A stretch of 63,040 bases of DNA, filler included, from Octopus bimaculoides (lineage: Eukaryota), in the NCBI RefSeq assembly GCF_001194135.2. It is 3 parts of 3 records of this genome, joined end to end, with 100 filler letters (N's around TTAATTAATTAA, not from the genome) between each part and the next. Parts side by side here need not be neighbours in the genome. Positions count along the whole stretch, not along the records: positions 1 to 26,987 come from NC_068985.1; 2 more parts are not named here. The stretch is one strand, 5' to 3'. The notes under the pieces were generated by a model that searched no databases, was not told the DNA's origin, and was given only the letters and a program-made list of their open reading frames with translations. Position numbers and translations under genes: made by a program. Every line of letters begins with the position of its first letter. The first letter of the stretch is position 1. Of this stretch, positions 1-13,317 are shown one piece after another.

Positions 1-232
1 GGCACATAAAAGACACCATTTCGAGCGTGGCCGTTTTCGTGCGGGTGACACGTAAAAGCACCCACTACACTCTCTGAGTGGTTGGCGTTAGGAAGGGCAT
101 CCAGCTGTAGAAACTCTGCCAAATCAGACTGGAGCCTGGTGTTGCCATCCGGTTTCACCAGTCCTCAGTCAAATCGTCCAACCCATGCTAGCATGGAAAG
201 CGGACGTTAAACGATGATGATGATGATGATGA
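1..232 (+). mobile_element. 3' UTR/tail of an RTE-type LINE (or derived SINE) ending in (GAT)n
   Basis: gagtggttggcgttaggaagggcatccagctgtagaaa...catgctagcatggaaagcggacgttaaacgatgatgat; same tail at 14580-14758 (+) and 13075-13310 (-). Confidence 0.7.
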
Positions 233-344
233 TATAACCATCCCACCAGACTGGGATAGACTGAAATAACCAGTGCCGTTGCTCCTCCAAGAGCAAATAC
301 CTCACTGGAAACAAAAGCATAGAAATCCCAGAATTCATTTTATT

Positions 345-750
345 TGCTTTTTACCTATTTCAGCCATTAGACTGTGGTCATGCTGGAGCACTGCCTTAGT
401 TGAATGAATCATCCCCAGTACTTATTTTGTTTTTTAAAGCTTGGAACTTATTCTTTTGGTTCTTTTGCTGAACTGCTAAGTTATAGGGATGTAAACACAC
501 CAACACTGGTTGTCAAGTAGTGTGGTGAGGGAACAAACACAGACACAAAGACACACTCACACACACAACACATAAACAACACACACACACACATATATAT
601 ATACGGCAGGCTTCTTTCAGTTTCCATCTACCAAATCCTCTCACAAAGCTCTGCTTGGACCAAAGCTATAGTAGAAGACGGTCATTCAAAGTGCCACACA
701 GTGGGACTGAACCCAGGACCACGTGGTTGGGAGACAAACTTCTTACCAAT
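345..750 (-). mobile_element. tRNA-derived SINE, family S1 (CORE-like ccttgggcaagt box)
   Basis: Reverse complement of the repeat gtaagaagcttgcttcccaaccacatggtt...gtagacggaaactgaaagaagcc...gcatggccgcagtc seen in about 15 copies in the window. Confidence 0.8.
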
Positions 751-829
751 CAGGAAACACATGAGTTCCTGAACTAGTTATGCTTAATGAAAATTAACTT
801 ATTTGCCCAAGGTTTAAGATCATCTCTTT

Positions 830-1545
830 CGAAATAGTCACCTTGCACAGCAATACATGAGTCCCAGCCTGGAAGTTGTTTTCTGTGAGTTGAGAACCAT
901 CTGTGATTCAATCTGGGTCTCAATATTGAGGTTAAAGCAGCAACCTTTGAGCTGCATTTTTATCTTGGGGAAGAGATGGAAGTCTGCAGCAGGGGGTGGG
1001 GTGTTAAATCTGGTGAATGGGTTGACTGTGGAAGCAATACCATTTTCTTTTTAGCAAGATACTCATGAGTGAGGAGAGCTTTGTCTTTGTGAAGAATCCA
1101 GTTCCTTGCATTCCACAGATCTGGTTACTTTTGCTGAATGTCCTCCTTCAAGTGCTTCAAAACTTTGTAGTAGAACTCTTCATTGATGGTCTGGCCCTGA
1201 GGGATGGATTCTTCATGCACAATACCACATTTATGGGGGGGTGATGCTTGGGGCAGGTTTTCCAGATCGCTCATTGCATGCGACCCATTGCCTCATCGCT
1301 GTAAGCTTGCCAAAGCATGCCCAGTGTCTCTATAGCAGACTTGCCAAGTTTAATGCCAAATTTCACGCTGGCGTTTTCCTCCAACTTCCTGTTCATGACA
1401 AAATCTTAGAGACTACAGCAGACACGTGATCACAAAAACACAAATTTCACAACTTGCATTGTAAACACAGCAAAATGTCACTCGACACACTCCCCCAGGA
1501 AAGTCACTGCATACGCAACCATGTGTTGCCATCTGTTGGTGCACT
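830..1545 (-). mobile_element. Degraded mariner transposase fragment
   Basis: Minus-strand translation GIVHEESIPQGQTIN...WILHKD...HSPDL...DFHLFPKIK, with stops and frameshifts. Confidence 0.85.
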
Positions 1546-1659
1546 GCAGAACTTGTATGGGAACTTTATGATACCACCTTGTATTCTAGATTTTGATCAT
1601 TTCTGCAAGTAGAAGACAAAAGTCAACATTAAGAGATCCAAGAATGGTTGTTATTGTCT

Positions 1660-4060
1660 TTCAAGAGGCAACTAAGTATCAGACTCGTTGCAAGTAAGCT
1701 TTGGAAACATATTTTCTTGCTTCAAAACTGGAAACTTTTTTGAATATTGACTACTTTTGATGCAGATGTAACTAAGTGGTCCACTTTGTAAATATGTTGT
1801 TCTGAGTTTTAACTTCTCCACTAAAAAATTTTTTATGTGTATTATTTCCTCTTCTGATGTGAATTTTGCATTTACTATGAGTTTAATTATCTTTTGAAAA
1901 ATTTGATAACTGGATGAGAATTGGAAGGTATCATTTGACCAAATGTTAGACGTTGTAATTCCCAGGATTATAGGCAACTACGAATGGAGCATGCATGCTT
2001 TTGTCTTTGCCTTCATTTTGAGGGTTTCTCCATGAAAGGTTGCAATTTCTTTTGTATTGGTTATGGCATTCTTTACTACAATTTTGGGGTATCTTTGATG
2101 CTGAAAGAATAGTTTAGTTCTGCCAGTCTTATCTCACAACTTCTTGGAGTTAGTAATTAGCAAACATATACGTCTTCCCATATTAAATTAGATATTTCTT
2201 TTAATATGGATGGATAGAAAGACCCAAAATGTATTTCAGTGTGTCTGTGTCCTTGCAGTAGAAATTAGTTGTAATAGCTTCAGTTTCAGACAATATCAAA
2301 ATATCCAGAAAGGAATTTCTGTTTTGTTCATTTTTATTACGAATTCGATTGATTCATTAGTGCTAGTCATTAATTCCAATGACTTTGTAAGGTCTTCCTT
2401 ACTTCTGTTTCGAAATAGGAAGCAATCATCCAGGAATTTTATTCAGTTTCCTCTAAGATGGAAGTGGAAATGAAATATTAAAAGCAATCCCTGATCAAGC
2501 ATTTATTCTTGGAATCCCATTCCTAGTGTTGCAAATGTGTGTGCAACTTTTGAACCATTTGCTGCCCTCTTTTAGACGAAGATAATATTGGTTGTCAAAG
2601 AAGTAGCTGTTTTCTAGCACCAGTTGTAAACTTAATATAAATTCTTTGGGGATTCTCTCTTGAATTCCCTGCAGATCTTTGTCAAACCAGAATTCTGCTA
2701 CTTCCAAATGGGATATTTCTTAATCCAAATGGGATATTTTTGTAGAGATAACTAAGCAGGATCATCTTCATGTTTACTCTTTCTGGAATGTGGTTCAAGA
2801 AGCTCATATAATCACTGATGAACCTAGGAACCAATTTGCATAATGTTTACAAAATTATGTCCTTAAATTGTTTAATTTTGGTCCTATGATAATTGGACAA
2901 ATTTTAAGTCAGTTTGGGAACCTCTTTATGGACGAAGTTCCTTTAAGTTGTTCTGTGTTTCTTTTGGTCATCCATAAAAGTTTTTACCTCAAAATTAGTG
3001 ACGCATAATCAAACTGGCTTTCTGTTTAATTGTTTATCAACTTGTTAGTCTCCTTGGGTTGTTCATTGTCTTTTCTCTTTTATTTGTATCAGTCGTTAGA
3101 CTGCAGCCATGCTGGAGCACTCCTTTGAAGAATTTTAGACAGCCAAACTTTTTCCGAAGTTGGTATTTATTCTATTGGTGTCGTTTGTCAAACTGCTAAG
3201 TTATGGGAACATAAACACATCAACACCAGTTGTCAATCAGTGGTAGGGGGAAGCATAGACACAAAGACAGATACATGCATAAACAGATAGATATATCGAC
3301 GAGATTCTTTTAATTTCTGTCTACCAAAGCTGTAGTAGACGAGATTCTTTTAATTTCTGTCTACCAAAGCTGTAGTAGAAGATGCTTGCCCAAGATACCA
3401 TGCAGTGAAACTGAACCCAGGACCATGTGCTAGGGAAGCAAACTTCTTATCACACAGCCATGTCTGCATCAATTTTAGTTTCTACTAATTTTTGCAGAAA
3501 TGATAGTTATTTCAGTCATTCTAAGACCATTTCCTTGCATTGGATCTTGTCCAATATGAGAAAGCTTCCTTCTTTGTCAGCTTCCTTAATGACAATAGAG
3601 GTATCTTTCTGTAGATATTCCATCTTCTTTGTTCTTTAGTTGTAATGTCTGATTTTGTATAACTGGATGGATTGTTAGGGTTTTCCATCTTTTTCAGACA
3701 CATTATATATTCCTTAAGTGTTTACTCCTGTTCATCAAAGATTTAAATTCCATTTTTGTTTTTACATTTGATGGATTTTTACAATTGTTATTTTAGAAGA
3801 ATTACCACAGAAATAATTTTGCACAAAATTCCCCAAGATCTTTTATAAGATCTGTCATATCAAGTTTTAGAGTTGATATGTATTTAAGTCCAGACTCCAA
3901 AAGATTTATTTTATTATTCCTAAGGTTTTCTTCTGATAAACTTATTATTGTTGGATTAGTTGGACTAGTCTTTCCTTGATTGTTATGCACCTTTATGTGT
4001 GTATGTGTGTGTTCACACATGCACATGTACGTGTTCTTGTGCATTTAATTTTCTAAAATG
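1660..4060 (-). mobile_element. Degraded Penelope-like element (N-terminus plus RT), interrupted by a SINE
   Basis: Fragments LLESGLKYISTL..DLGEFCAKL, IVIKEADKEG, PKEFILSLQLVLENSYFFDNQYY and IPFLDILIL..NFYCKDTDT match PLE RT motifs. Confidence 0.8.
3075..3465 (-). mobile_element. SINE S1 with an internal 40-bp tandem duplication
   Basis: S1 sequence; gacgagattcttttaatttctgtctaccaaagctgtagta is repeated twice at about 3298-3377. Confidence 0.8.
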
Positions 4061-4374
4061 GAGACAGATTTGAAGAATTGCTTTGGTCCAGTGGTAGAAC
4101 ACCAGTCATGTTTACAGGAGAATTGGGTCGAATTTACACACAAGCTGTCTTCGACTTATGCTATCCAAAGGGCTTCTAACTTTTTATATACTACTATTTA
4201 TAGCTTTATTGGCTTCGAGATTCATTTCCCATTCCGAAAGTTTCTAAATTCTTATGACATGAGTCTTATTTGTGTTCATATAGACTTGAACTTGTTTTTC
4301 TATCATCATAATCATCAACATCATCGTCATCATTACTATCACTTTTAACATCCACTGTTTTCATGTTTTTTATG

Positions 4375-4770
4375 TATTTTTTTATTCTTTTATTTGTTTC
4401 AGTCATTTGACTACGGCCATGCTGGAGCACCACCTTTTTTAGTTGAGCAAGTCAACCCCAGGATTTATTTTTGTAAGCTTAGTACTTATTCTATCGGCCT
4501 CTTTTTGTCAAACCACTAAGTTACAGAAACACAACCACACCAGCATCAGATGTCAAGCGATGTTGGGGGAACAAGCACAGACACATAAACACACACACAC
4601 ACACACACACATATATACGACGGGCTTCTTTCAGTTTCCGTCTACCAAATCCACTCGCAAGGCTTTGGTTGGCCCGAGGCTATAATAGAAGACACTTGCC
4701 CAAGGTACCATGCAGTGGGACAGAACCCGGAACCATGTGGCTGGCAAGCAAGCTACCTACTACACAACCA
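4375..4770 (-). mobile_element. SINE S1, near full length
   Basis: Matches the other S1 copies across head, (CA)n spacer and tail. Confidence 0.85.
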
Positions 4771-5599
4771 GTCATATGATACTTATTTCAATGTGTACTT
4801 CCGAGTTTGTTGTGCCTTCAATCATATCCTGCTTTTGTGCTGCTGATGTATTTGTGTGAATATGTGATTTGAATGTTGTTGTTTAACCCTTGGTCATCCA
4901 ACCTAATATGGTAGATCTACTATAATCAAAGTTATACCAATCGTAACCATTGCATAATTTTTTACATTGTCTTTCTATGTATTGTTTATAATGTAATTAG
5001 AAAGTAATTTGACTGCTATTTATAACTGGTCAACAACCATGGGGTTGATGGCTGTTATTGCTACTGCTGCTGTTGTTGTTGTTATTATTGAGGATAAGGA
5101 AGTGGGGTGGGGGTAAGAGAAAGAAATTGTGAACTCTTTTTTAGATTTGATTGTTCTTCTTTTTACATTTCCTTACTGGCTCTGAATACACTGAAGGCTG
5201 TGCTCCACTGATGACATTAAAACATGATCCCAGCATGTCCAGATTTGTCCCTTGCACACATCCAGAAAATTAATATAATAATATTCATTAATTAACATTG
5301 CGTTTTAATTTTCATCACAAATTAGAAGCCCCTCTGCCCTGTACAATCCATATTCTTTGTTTTAATTTGTTGCAAGAATGAAGTGCAAACTCTGCTGACA
5401 GAAACTGGCTTTGAGCTGTTCAGCATGGCATTTAGAATATGCTGCGCTAATGTTTCCATTATATTTATTCCTATAATATTAAAAATTTGGAAGGTGCTTC
5501 CAGGAGAGATCAAGAGAATTCCTTACAGGCTGATATTTCTTCTTACTGAATATTGGTTTCAGATTTTGGTCCAAGGATTGCAGCTTTGAGTGGAGAAGG

Positions 5600-5772
5600 A
5601 AATCAATAACATCATCACCCAGTGTTCAACTGGTATTTAATTTATCAAGACCCCAAAAAGATGAATGGCAAAGTCAGCCTCAGTGGAATTGGAACTCGGT
5701 ACATAAAGAGGGGCAAAATGCTGCTAAGTATTTTTCTCAACATACAAATGATTTTACCAGCTTGCTGCCTTC
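5600..5772 (-). mobile_element. SINE S2 (MetaSINE-like central box)
   Basis: Reverse complement of gaggtcgactttgcctttcatc...gataaattaagtaccag; related copies near 16008, 21230, 58280, 59960, 60260 and 60675. Confidence 0.6.
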
Positions 5773-7178
5773 TACAAACTTAATATTCATCTACTATTAG
5801 TGCCAAATAGTATAAAAAAGCATCAGGAAAAATGCCTTGTGTTTTTCTGTTCTGGTTGGTTGTGTTCTAAGTTCATATCTTGCCAAGGTCAACATTGTCT
5901 TTCATTAGTGTAGGGTTGGTAAATAAGGTACCTGTCAATGAGTGTTGAGTTTAAAAACTGTTAGAGCATCGTATGGGATGCTTTGCAGAATTTGTTCTTT
6001 CTCTTTGTGTTATGAATTCAAATCCTCTCATGGGTTTTTGACTTGTTGACTTCATATATAATAATATAATAATAATAATATATAGCTTAATCCATCACCA
6101 TTTGTTCTTCTATGTCTTTAGCAGCATCCAGTATTTGAACCAAATCTTCAGTTTGATGATACCTTTCCCCTTCCCTTCCACAAGTCTTAGAGACCCTATA
6201 AAGGATTATCAATATTGCTCTTTTTAAAATAATGAAGAAAGTATCAAGATTCCAAACATGTTGGTCTACATAAGTGTTTGGGGATTGTCTCAGTCAAAAC
6301 AGACAGATTATTGTCTTCATTGCTATAATCTTTGTCTCTTGTTTTTTTAAACATCCAGCATAAGTCGGATTAGTCTCCAATACAAATATCATCTTCATCT
6401 TATGTTATCTGATTTATAAAGCCCTGTGTTCTCTGATCTGCTTTCATCATCTCTTCAACAAGATTTCTTTTGTCTACTTCAACGGTAGACATTTTCTTTT
6501 GTTGACTCAAAACAGTTTCTTTTTATGGTGCAGGATTTATGTATTCCTCTGACATGTTTCAACACCAGTGATGCTGCCACCTCTGTCTCTCGTACCATTC
6601 ACCTTCTCATCTCATTCATATGATGGTGATGGTTTTACAGCAGTGTTGTCATATAATCCAGGAGCATTATTGATTTGTCTGGGCTTTTTTAATAGCTAAT
6701 AGCTGGAAACTATGTGGAATGTGGTTTCATTCCTACAGGTCTTTCAACTTTTTACTACTTTGATCTTTATATTTTCCCAAAAGACTACCTACTAAGTAAC
6801 ATTCACAATATTTATATAGCATCTCTTTGGAAATGGTAATCCATTCCATGTATTTACACCAACGCAACTCATTTGTTAACAGGATAGACAAATTGGATGA
6901 AATAAACATGGACACACTATGCCGAAACAAAAAAGTGAGTGAGCGTCATGGCTGGAACGTTGGTGGTTACCAATTTGATGGATCAGGCTGACCAGAAGCT
7001 GGATAACAGCAGCAGCAACAATAATGACAACAACAACAACACTAACGACCTGTCAGTGTCTGTCATTGTTTCTCTCTCTTTAGATATGTAAAGATATCCA
7101 ACAAAATATATGTACATTATTTACATCATTTACATTATTTAAATTTGACAGATATTTGTCCTCATCTTGTTTGTTGTT

Positions 7179-7224
7179 AACACAACATTTCGGCTGATAT
7201 ACTCTCCAGCCTTGATCAGGTGTC
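7179..7224 (-). ncRNA. Degenerate type I hammerhead (family A; G8C, helix III ATGT)
   Basis: gacac-CTGATCA-a-ggctg-gagagtatat-cagcc-GAA-ATGT-T-gtgtt. Confidence 0.7.
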
Positions 7225-7285
7225 TTGGGGAAATTTCGAAACAGAGTTCTGATTCCTAAGGTAGTTTTCGATGTTGTTATCAATA

Positions 7286-7363
<78 letters not shown>

Positions 7364-7419
7364 NNNNNNNNNNNNNNNNNNNNNNNNNNNNNNNNNNNNN
7401 NNNNNNCTGAATAATAATA

Positions 7420-7480
<61 letters not shown>

Positions 7481-7535
7481 TAATAACATTGAAAAATACC
7501 TTAGGAATGAGAACCCAGGTTCGAAATTTCCCCAA

Positions 7536-7581
7536 GACACCTGATGCAGGCTGAAGGATATATCAACTGAAACGTTGACTT
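7536..7581 (+). ncRNA. Degenerate type I hammerhead (family A; A9C, damaged helices)
   Basis: gacac-CTGATGC-a-ggctg-aaggatatat-caact-GAA-ACGT-T-gactt. Confidence 0.65.
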
Positions 7582-7683
7582 AACAACAAACAAGATGAGG
7601 ACAAATATCCGTTAATTGTAAATAATGTAAATAATAAAACATAATTCCTCATTTCTTAAATATAGAACTGTAAAATATATGTA

Positions 7684-8091
7684 TGTATGTATTTATGTAT
7701 GTATTTATGTATGTATGTATTTATGTATGTATGTATGTATTTATGTATGTATTTATGTATGTACATATGCATGCATGTATGTATGCATATTTGCAGATTT
7801 GTATGTTCTGTTTTATGTATGCATTTTCGTGCATATACTTGCATATCTAGACATGCTCATATATCCTTAAATCATCAACTTTTGGAAAGTCTTACAGAGT
7901 TTTACAGTTGCATGGATGGATTGGATCTGCAGTCTTCGAATTAGCTTTCTCCTTTCTGGTTTTGAGAAGCTTAATTTCTCAAGATTGGTATTTAGTCACT
8001 GTGCTACATATCCCAGTGCCCCAATAATTTACTGGTATAAACCTGAACTTATAATCTGGATAGAGTAACAGCAGATTTCTCAATAGTTCAG
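7684..8091 (-). mobile_element. 5'-truncated R4-like non-LTR retrotransposon (end of restriction-like endonuclease + (CATA)n-rich 3' UTR)
   Basis: Homologous to 40708-40930; stop codon at 7867-7869; TATG repeats on both sides. Confidence 0.75.
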
Positions 8092-8094
8092 TAT

Positions 8095-9320
8095 GTATGG
8101 CCAAGAAACAAGTAATATAAAAAAAAACTCACCATTTTGATTTAGTCTGCTTCAAAGTATTCGCCTTGGCAGTCTACACTCTTCTGCCAGCATTCTTATC
8201 ACTGCTGGAAACATTTTTGGTAATCACTTTTTGGGATGCTTTAGATCTGTGCCAACGAATTTTGCTTAATGTCCTCTGTTGACTCAAATTTTCTCTCTTT
8301 GAGAGGTTTTATGAGTTTTGGGAATGGCCAAAAGTCACATGGAGCCAAGACTGGGGAGTAGCAAGCCTGATGCACAACTGGTGTGTTTTGCTTGGACGGC
8401 AGGGGCAGAAAGAATGGGTGCGTTGTTAGTTCATTTCTACCCACAGCTTCACAAAGGCAATGACGAACCCCCAGGTAGTATTCCTTGTTAATGTTTTGAC
8501 CTTGTGGTGCATCTTCATGGTGCACAATACCTTTGTTGTCGAAAAGAAGAGGTCATCATCAGTTCAGTATTGCTGCTCACCTGTTTTGCTTTCTTTGGTC
8601 ACTGTTGAGGATGGATGCTTCCGTTGGGCTGGTTGCAGGTTCGTTTCAGAGTCATAGCCGTACGTCATGTCTCATCGCCAGTGATGATAGAGTTCGTGAA
8701 GCTTTGATTTTGGCTAGCACACTCCAGCATGTCCTTTCTGCTGGTCAGACAGCTACTTTGGTATGAATTTGGCCGAGACCCTCCTCATGCACAAACCTTC
8801 TGTTATAATTGACTAAACTGACCCATGGCTGATTCCAACTTAGGCAACAATCTCATTAATAGTCACACGACGGTCTTCATAGACTATTCCTGGAACCTTT
8901 ACAATCATTTCGTTATTTCTGCTCGTTGATGGTTCACTGTCCACTGAGATACAGCTTTCTTTGAACCAGTTGTAACCACTTCTTCATTTGTGTATTTCCC
9001 ATAACATCATCTCTAAAGGCCTTTTGAATCTTCTCGATAGTCTGGGCTTGCGTATCACCAAGCTTTTGGCAGAATCTGATACAGTTTCTTTGCTCAATGT
9101 TCTCGGTCATCTTGAGTCAGAAACAAAAATCACACAGCACTCTTTTCACGTCTGTATTCAACGAATCACTGCGAGCGAATGGCACAACCTACAGACACGA
9201 ATATTTTTGCGCATGCTCAGGAAGGACGCGGCCACCAAATACCCAAGCGGATTTTTCTCACGTATTATTATTTTGTGCAACAAAATTCAAGGTCGAATAG
9301 TTTTTGGTTACACTTCGTAT
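8095..9320 (-). mobile_element. Near full-length degraded mariner element
   Basis: ORF 8241-8525 HHEDAPQGQNINKEYY...YSPVLAPCDFWPFPKL matches the mariner catalytic domain; N-terminal remnants upstream. Confidence 0.9.
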
Positions 9321-9441
9321 GTATGTATGTATGTATGTATGTATGTATGTATGTATGTGTGCGTGTGAGTGTGTGTGCATATATGTATTTGTGCGTGTGA
9401 GTGTGTGTGCATGCGCGCGCGTGTACGTATGTATATATGTA

Positions 9442-10164
9442 CGAGCTCTAATCAATAAGTATCCGGAGGTTTGGCATAGTAACGAAGTTAAAGCACGCAG
9501 AGTCAAGCCACTTAGCAAAGATTGACCTTGAACTCTGCTGTGCATGTACACTAAGTTTTAAAGTTCTAGCTCACTTCTGCTGTTTGCAACAGTGCTTGGA
9601 AGGAAGGTGTGTAGCATGTGATCGTCGCATTGACCGAGACAGGGAAAGTTGTCATGACAATACCTAGACACAGGCCTACACAAAGTTGCAGAAAGTGTAT
9701 GGAGAGGAGTGTATAAGCCGCGTACACAAATGTACGAGTGGTTCAGACGTTTCCAAGATGGCCAAAAAAATGTCGATATTGACGACCGTTCTGGGAGACC
9801 CACAACCAGCAGAACTGAAAAAAACATTACAGATGTGCGGGCAGATATGAGGGGAAACCATCGAATCACCATCCGTGAGTTATCAGAGGATGTGCAGTTA
9901 CGGTTCAGTTCAGTCCATTATCGCTGAAGATTTGGGTATGAAACGTGTGTCAGCAAAATTCATGCCCAAACTGATTTCACCTGATTAAAAAGACACTCAG
10001 ATTTCAGTTGCACAAGATCTCCTTGGTTGTGTCGAAAACGATGAAAATATTTTGGAAACTTTACGTAGTCCTTTGAGCAGGTATTGCCAAGCTTTTGGCA
10101 AAATTTGATGCAGATTCTCTGTTCAACCTTCTGTCATGGTCAATGCGATGATCACACGCTACAC
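9442..10164 (+). mobile_element. Non-autonomous mariner derivative (right end truncated)
   Basis: TA then TIR-like start; HTH remnant YEWFRRFQDG..DDRSGRP; inverted copy of its own 5' region at about 10070-10164; same family as 13318-14138. Confidence 0.85.
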
Positions 10165-10860
10165 TCCGTAATAAGACGCTCAGCGAAGGAAAGAAAGAGT
10201 GTTTTACGTTTCGAGCAAAGCTCTTCTTCAGAAACAGGAGACAGGGAAAAGTTCAAGGGAAAAGAAAGACGGAGGAAAAAAATCACCAACAGTCCACATG
10301 TGGTTACGTCTTGGAATGACCGGAAGTAGATAAACAAAGAGAAAGTGTTTTCTGAGATAGGAAAGTGTGAAGAAAGTTTGGTCACTGTGTGTATTTGTGG
10401 GTACGGGTGTGTACGCACGCATATGTGTGTGGCAGTAACTGTGCACGTGTGTGTGTTTTTGTGTGGTTGTGTGTTTTAGCACATGTGCATAGATGGGATG
10501 ATCAATAGTAGTTAGGCAGCAGATGGGTGCATGAAAGGGTGTGTGCGGGTGCGTGTATGTACATGTGTGTATGTGTGTGCATGTATGTGTGTGCATGTAT
10601 GTACGTGTGTATATACATGTGTGTGGTGCACATGTATGTGCGTTGTGTGTGTATGTATCGTGTGTGTGGAGGTATATGTGTGTTTATGGTTGTGTGCATG
10701 GTTGTATGTGTGCTTGTGCGTGTGCGTATACACACATACACACACACACACACATACATACACATATATATATACACACACACATACACACATATACATG
10801 TATACATGTATATATATGTATGCACACAAGCACATACATATATGAATGCTGATATGAAAC
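10165..10860 (-). mobile_element. PLE 3' end (CA-rich tract + pseudo-LTR with hammerhead)
   Basis: Architecture parallels 32400-32930, which follows a GIY-YIG remnant; contains the hammerhead at 10200-10236. Confidence 0.65.
10200..10236 (-). ncRNA. Minimal type I hammerhead ribozyme, core intact
   Basis: tgttt-CTGAAGA-a-gagc-ttt-gctc-GAA-ACGT-A-aaaca: 5-bp helix I, 4-bp helix II, palindromic helix III, GUA site. Confidence 0.85.
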
Positions 10861-11629
10861 ACTAGGGTTTCTCCCTCAGCTGCTTCTCACAATGAACCAA
10901 CTATTCTCAGACAACGTGGGCATTTCACAGTTTTATTTAGAATACTTTTTATGCCACGTTCCTTTTGTGTATAAACTTAGGAACTTAAAAGACCTTCATT
11001 GTTACACACACACACACACACACTTTTTAAAGTAAGATGAAACCTTGGTGTACATGTCAGATAATAAAAAAGAAGAGGTAAAAATATTCCTGAGCTTTTG
11101 AAATCTGTCAGACATATTCGGTTCTTATGATTGGTTTCTACAGGTTCGTTTTGAAGTCTATGTAAATGGCCAGTTTGTTTTCTTTGAGTACAATTATTTA
11201 GAATGGAAAGCCAAAAGAATTGTGAATATCTAAAATATTATTCAAGTCTCGAGATGAGCAGAAGGAAACATAATTCTTGAATGTGCAAGAATTTATTCCA
11301 AATGAAGAATATTGGAGACCAAAGGTAATGAAATACCAAAGTAGAAGTGAGTCTGCAATGAGAGATTATTTGGTAGTTCAGCTTCTTTAATATTGTTGAT
11401 GATGTTATAGGTAGAACCAGTGATGAGGCAAGTGGTATTTGTAATGGTGTAATAGTATTGGTGATAGTGCAGTAGTATTGTTGGTGGTGTAATAGCATTG
11501 GTGGTAGTGTAGTGGTATTATTGATGATGTGTAGTTATTGGTTTGATGGCATCGGAGATAGGAACATTGAAACAAATATAATAAAATGTACAACAACAAC
11601 AACAACAACAATGGTTTCCTTTTCATTCT

Positions 11630-12010
11630 TTCTTTATGTTTTTGTTTGTTTCAGTCATTAGACTGTGGCCATGCTGGGGCACCACCTTGAAGAATTTTTG
11701 TTGAATGAATCAACCCAAGTACTTCTTTTTTAAAGTCTACTCCTTATTGTATTGGTCACTTTTGCTCAACTGCTAAGTTAGAGGGACATAAATACATCAA
11801 AATCGTTTACCAAGCAGTGGGGAAGGACACAGACACACAGACACATTCACGGCTAGCTTATTTTAGTTTCCATCTACCAAACCCATTTGCAAGGCTCTGA
11901 TTGGCCTGTGGCTCTAGTAAAAGACACTTGGCCAAGATTCCACACTGTGTAACTGAATGAGGAACCATGTGCTTGCAAAGCAAACTTACCATCCAGCCAT
12001 GCCTGTGCCT
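11630..12010 (-). mobile_element. SINE S1, diverged
   Basis: Similarity to the other S1 copies. Confidence 0.75.
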
Positions 12011-13074
12011 ACGAAAGAATTGAAGATGCCAAAATAAAGATTAAGTGTGAAGTTGTAATCTTCATGCTGTCATCAATGATATTAATGATGTAGATGAAAG
12101 GAAATGGATCCAACTGGTTCTGGAAACTAGGCAGCAGTAGCTGCCGACAACTTGCCTCTACTCAATACCATTGAGATATTTTCATAAGAATTTTCTCTAA
12201 AAACATAACTAACAAACATATGGTTAATTTAATAATCATTCTTGTAATAATTTTTGAAACCAATTCTAAAGAAACATTGTTTCATGTTTATTTGTCAAAA
12301 ACATCTGGTAGATGAAGAACGTCGTTACTTTGATGGTTATTGTTCCTGTTGCTGTTGTAATAATCATTGTTGCAATTATTGTTGTTGTTGTTGTTGTTGT
12401 TGTTGTCACAATTATTGTTATTGCTACAAGTTGTGGTTGAAGCTGATATTGTGAATGCATTTTGTTTTCTTTCTTAATTGGTAGTTTCAAGAAAACATTC
12501 ATCAAGTCAAACTGCAACGAATTGCTGAGTTCCAACTCATTTTAAACTAAAAATTCCAACATAAATTATTAAACATTTACTCTAAACCCTACTGTGGCGT
12601 GATCTCAGGTGGAAGGTAAAGTTAGACCCAGGGGCCTAGAACGAAGAGGCTTAAAATAGAAAGCAATCCATTCAAATTGAATCATGTCACCCATCTCCTT
12701 TGTATGGGAAGATTTTTACCTCTGTGCAGAAGAAACTCACCATATTCCCAATGATTTTCTTCCTCAAAAACTGTGCCATTTGTTTCCTGCTTTTATCTAA
12801 AAGTGGTAGACAGAAATAGCCCTTAACATTCTGTGGGCTGCCATCTTGCTCAACAAGTAAAGACTACTATATGCCTGTGTGTATAACATTCTTGTGGTCG
12901 TTGTAGTTGGGGAGGCGGTAGTGAAGCAGCAACACCAGCATCATTAAACACACATGCGCACACCTCACACCTCACACACACACACACATAACTGAGAGTC
13001 TGATGTTGGTTTAAATGGCTGAAACTTTGAAGTTTCTGTCAATAATATTCTTGCTTAACACTAATATATATCAT

Positions 13075-13310
13075 CATCATCATCATCGTCATCATCATCA
13101 TCATCGTCATCATTGCCATTGTTGTTGTTGTCATAATTTAGCTTCTGTTTTCCATGCTAGCAAGATGGTATTAATGGAACTGGTGAACCAGATGGCTACA
13201 CCAGGCTCCAATCTGATTTGGCAGAGTTTCTACAGCTGGATGCCCTTCCTAATGCCAACCACTCCATAGAGTGTACTGGGTGCCTTTTATGTGTCGCCGG
13301 CACTGCTGCT
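13075..13310 (-). mobile_element. RTE-type 3' tail
   Basis: Reverse complement of the 1-232 sequence, with (CAT)n. Confidence 0.7.
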
Positions 13311-13317
13311 GCTGATA

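Larger units (their letters stand above)
7103..7683 (+). mobile_element. Family A element: inverted 3' arm + gap + (AAT)n + PLE-like 3' end, flanked by a 12-bp TSD
   Basis: aaaatatatgta at 7103-7114 and 7672-7683; 7115-7360 is the reverse complement of part of 7427-7640; same sequence as 43911-44181. Confidence 0.85.
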
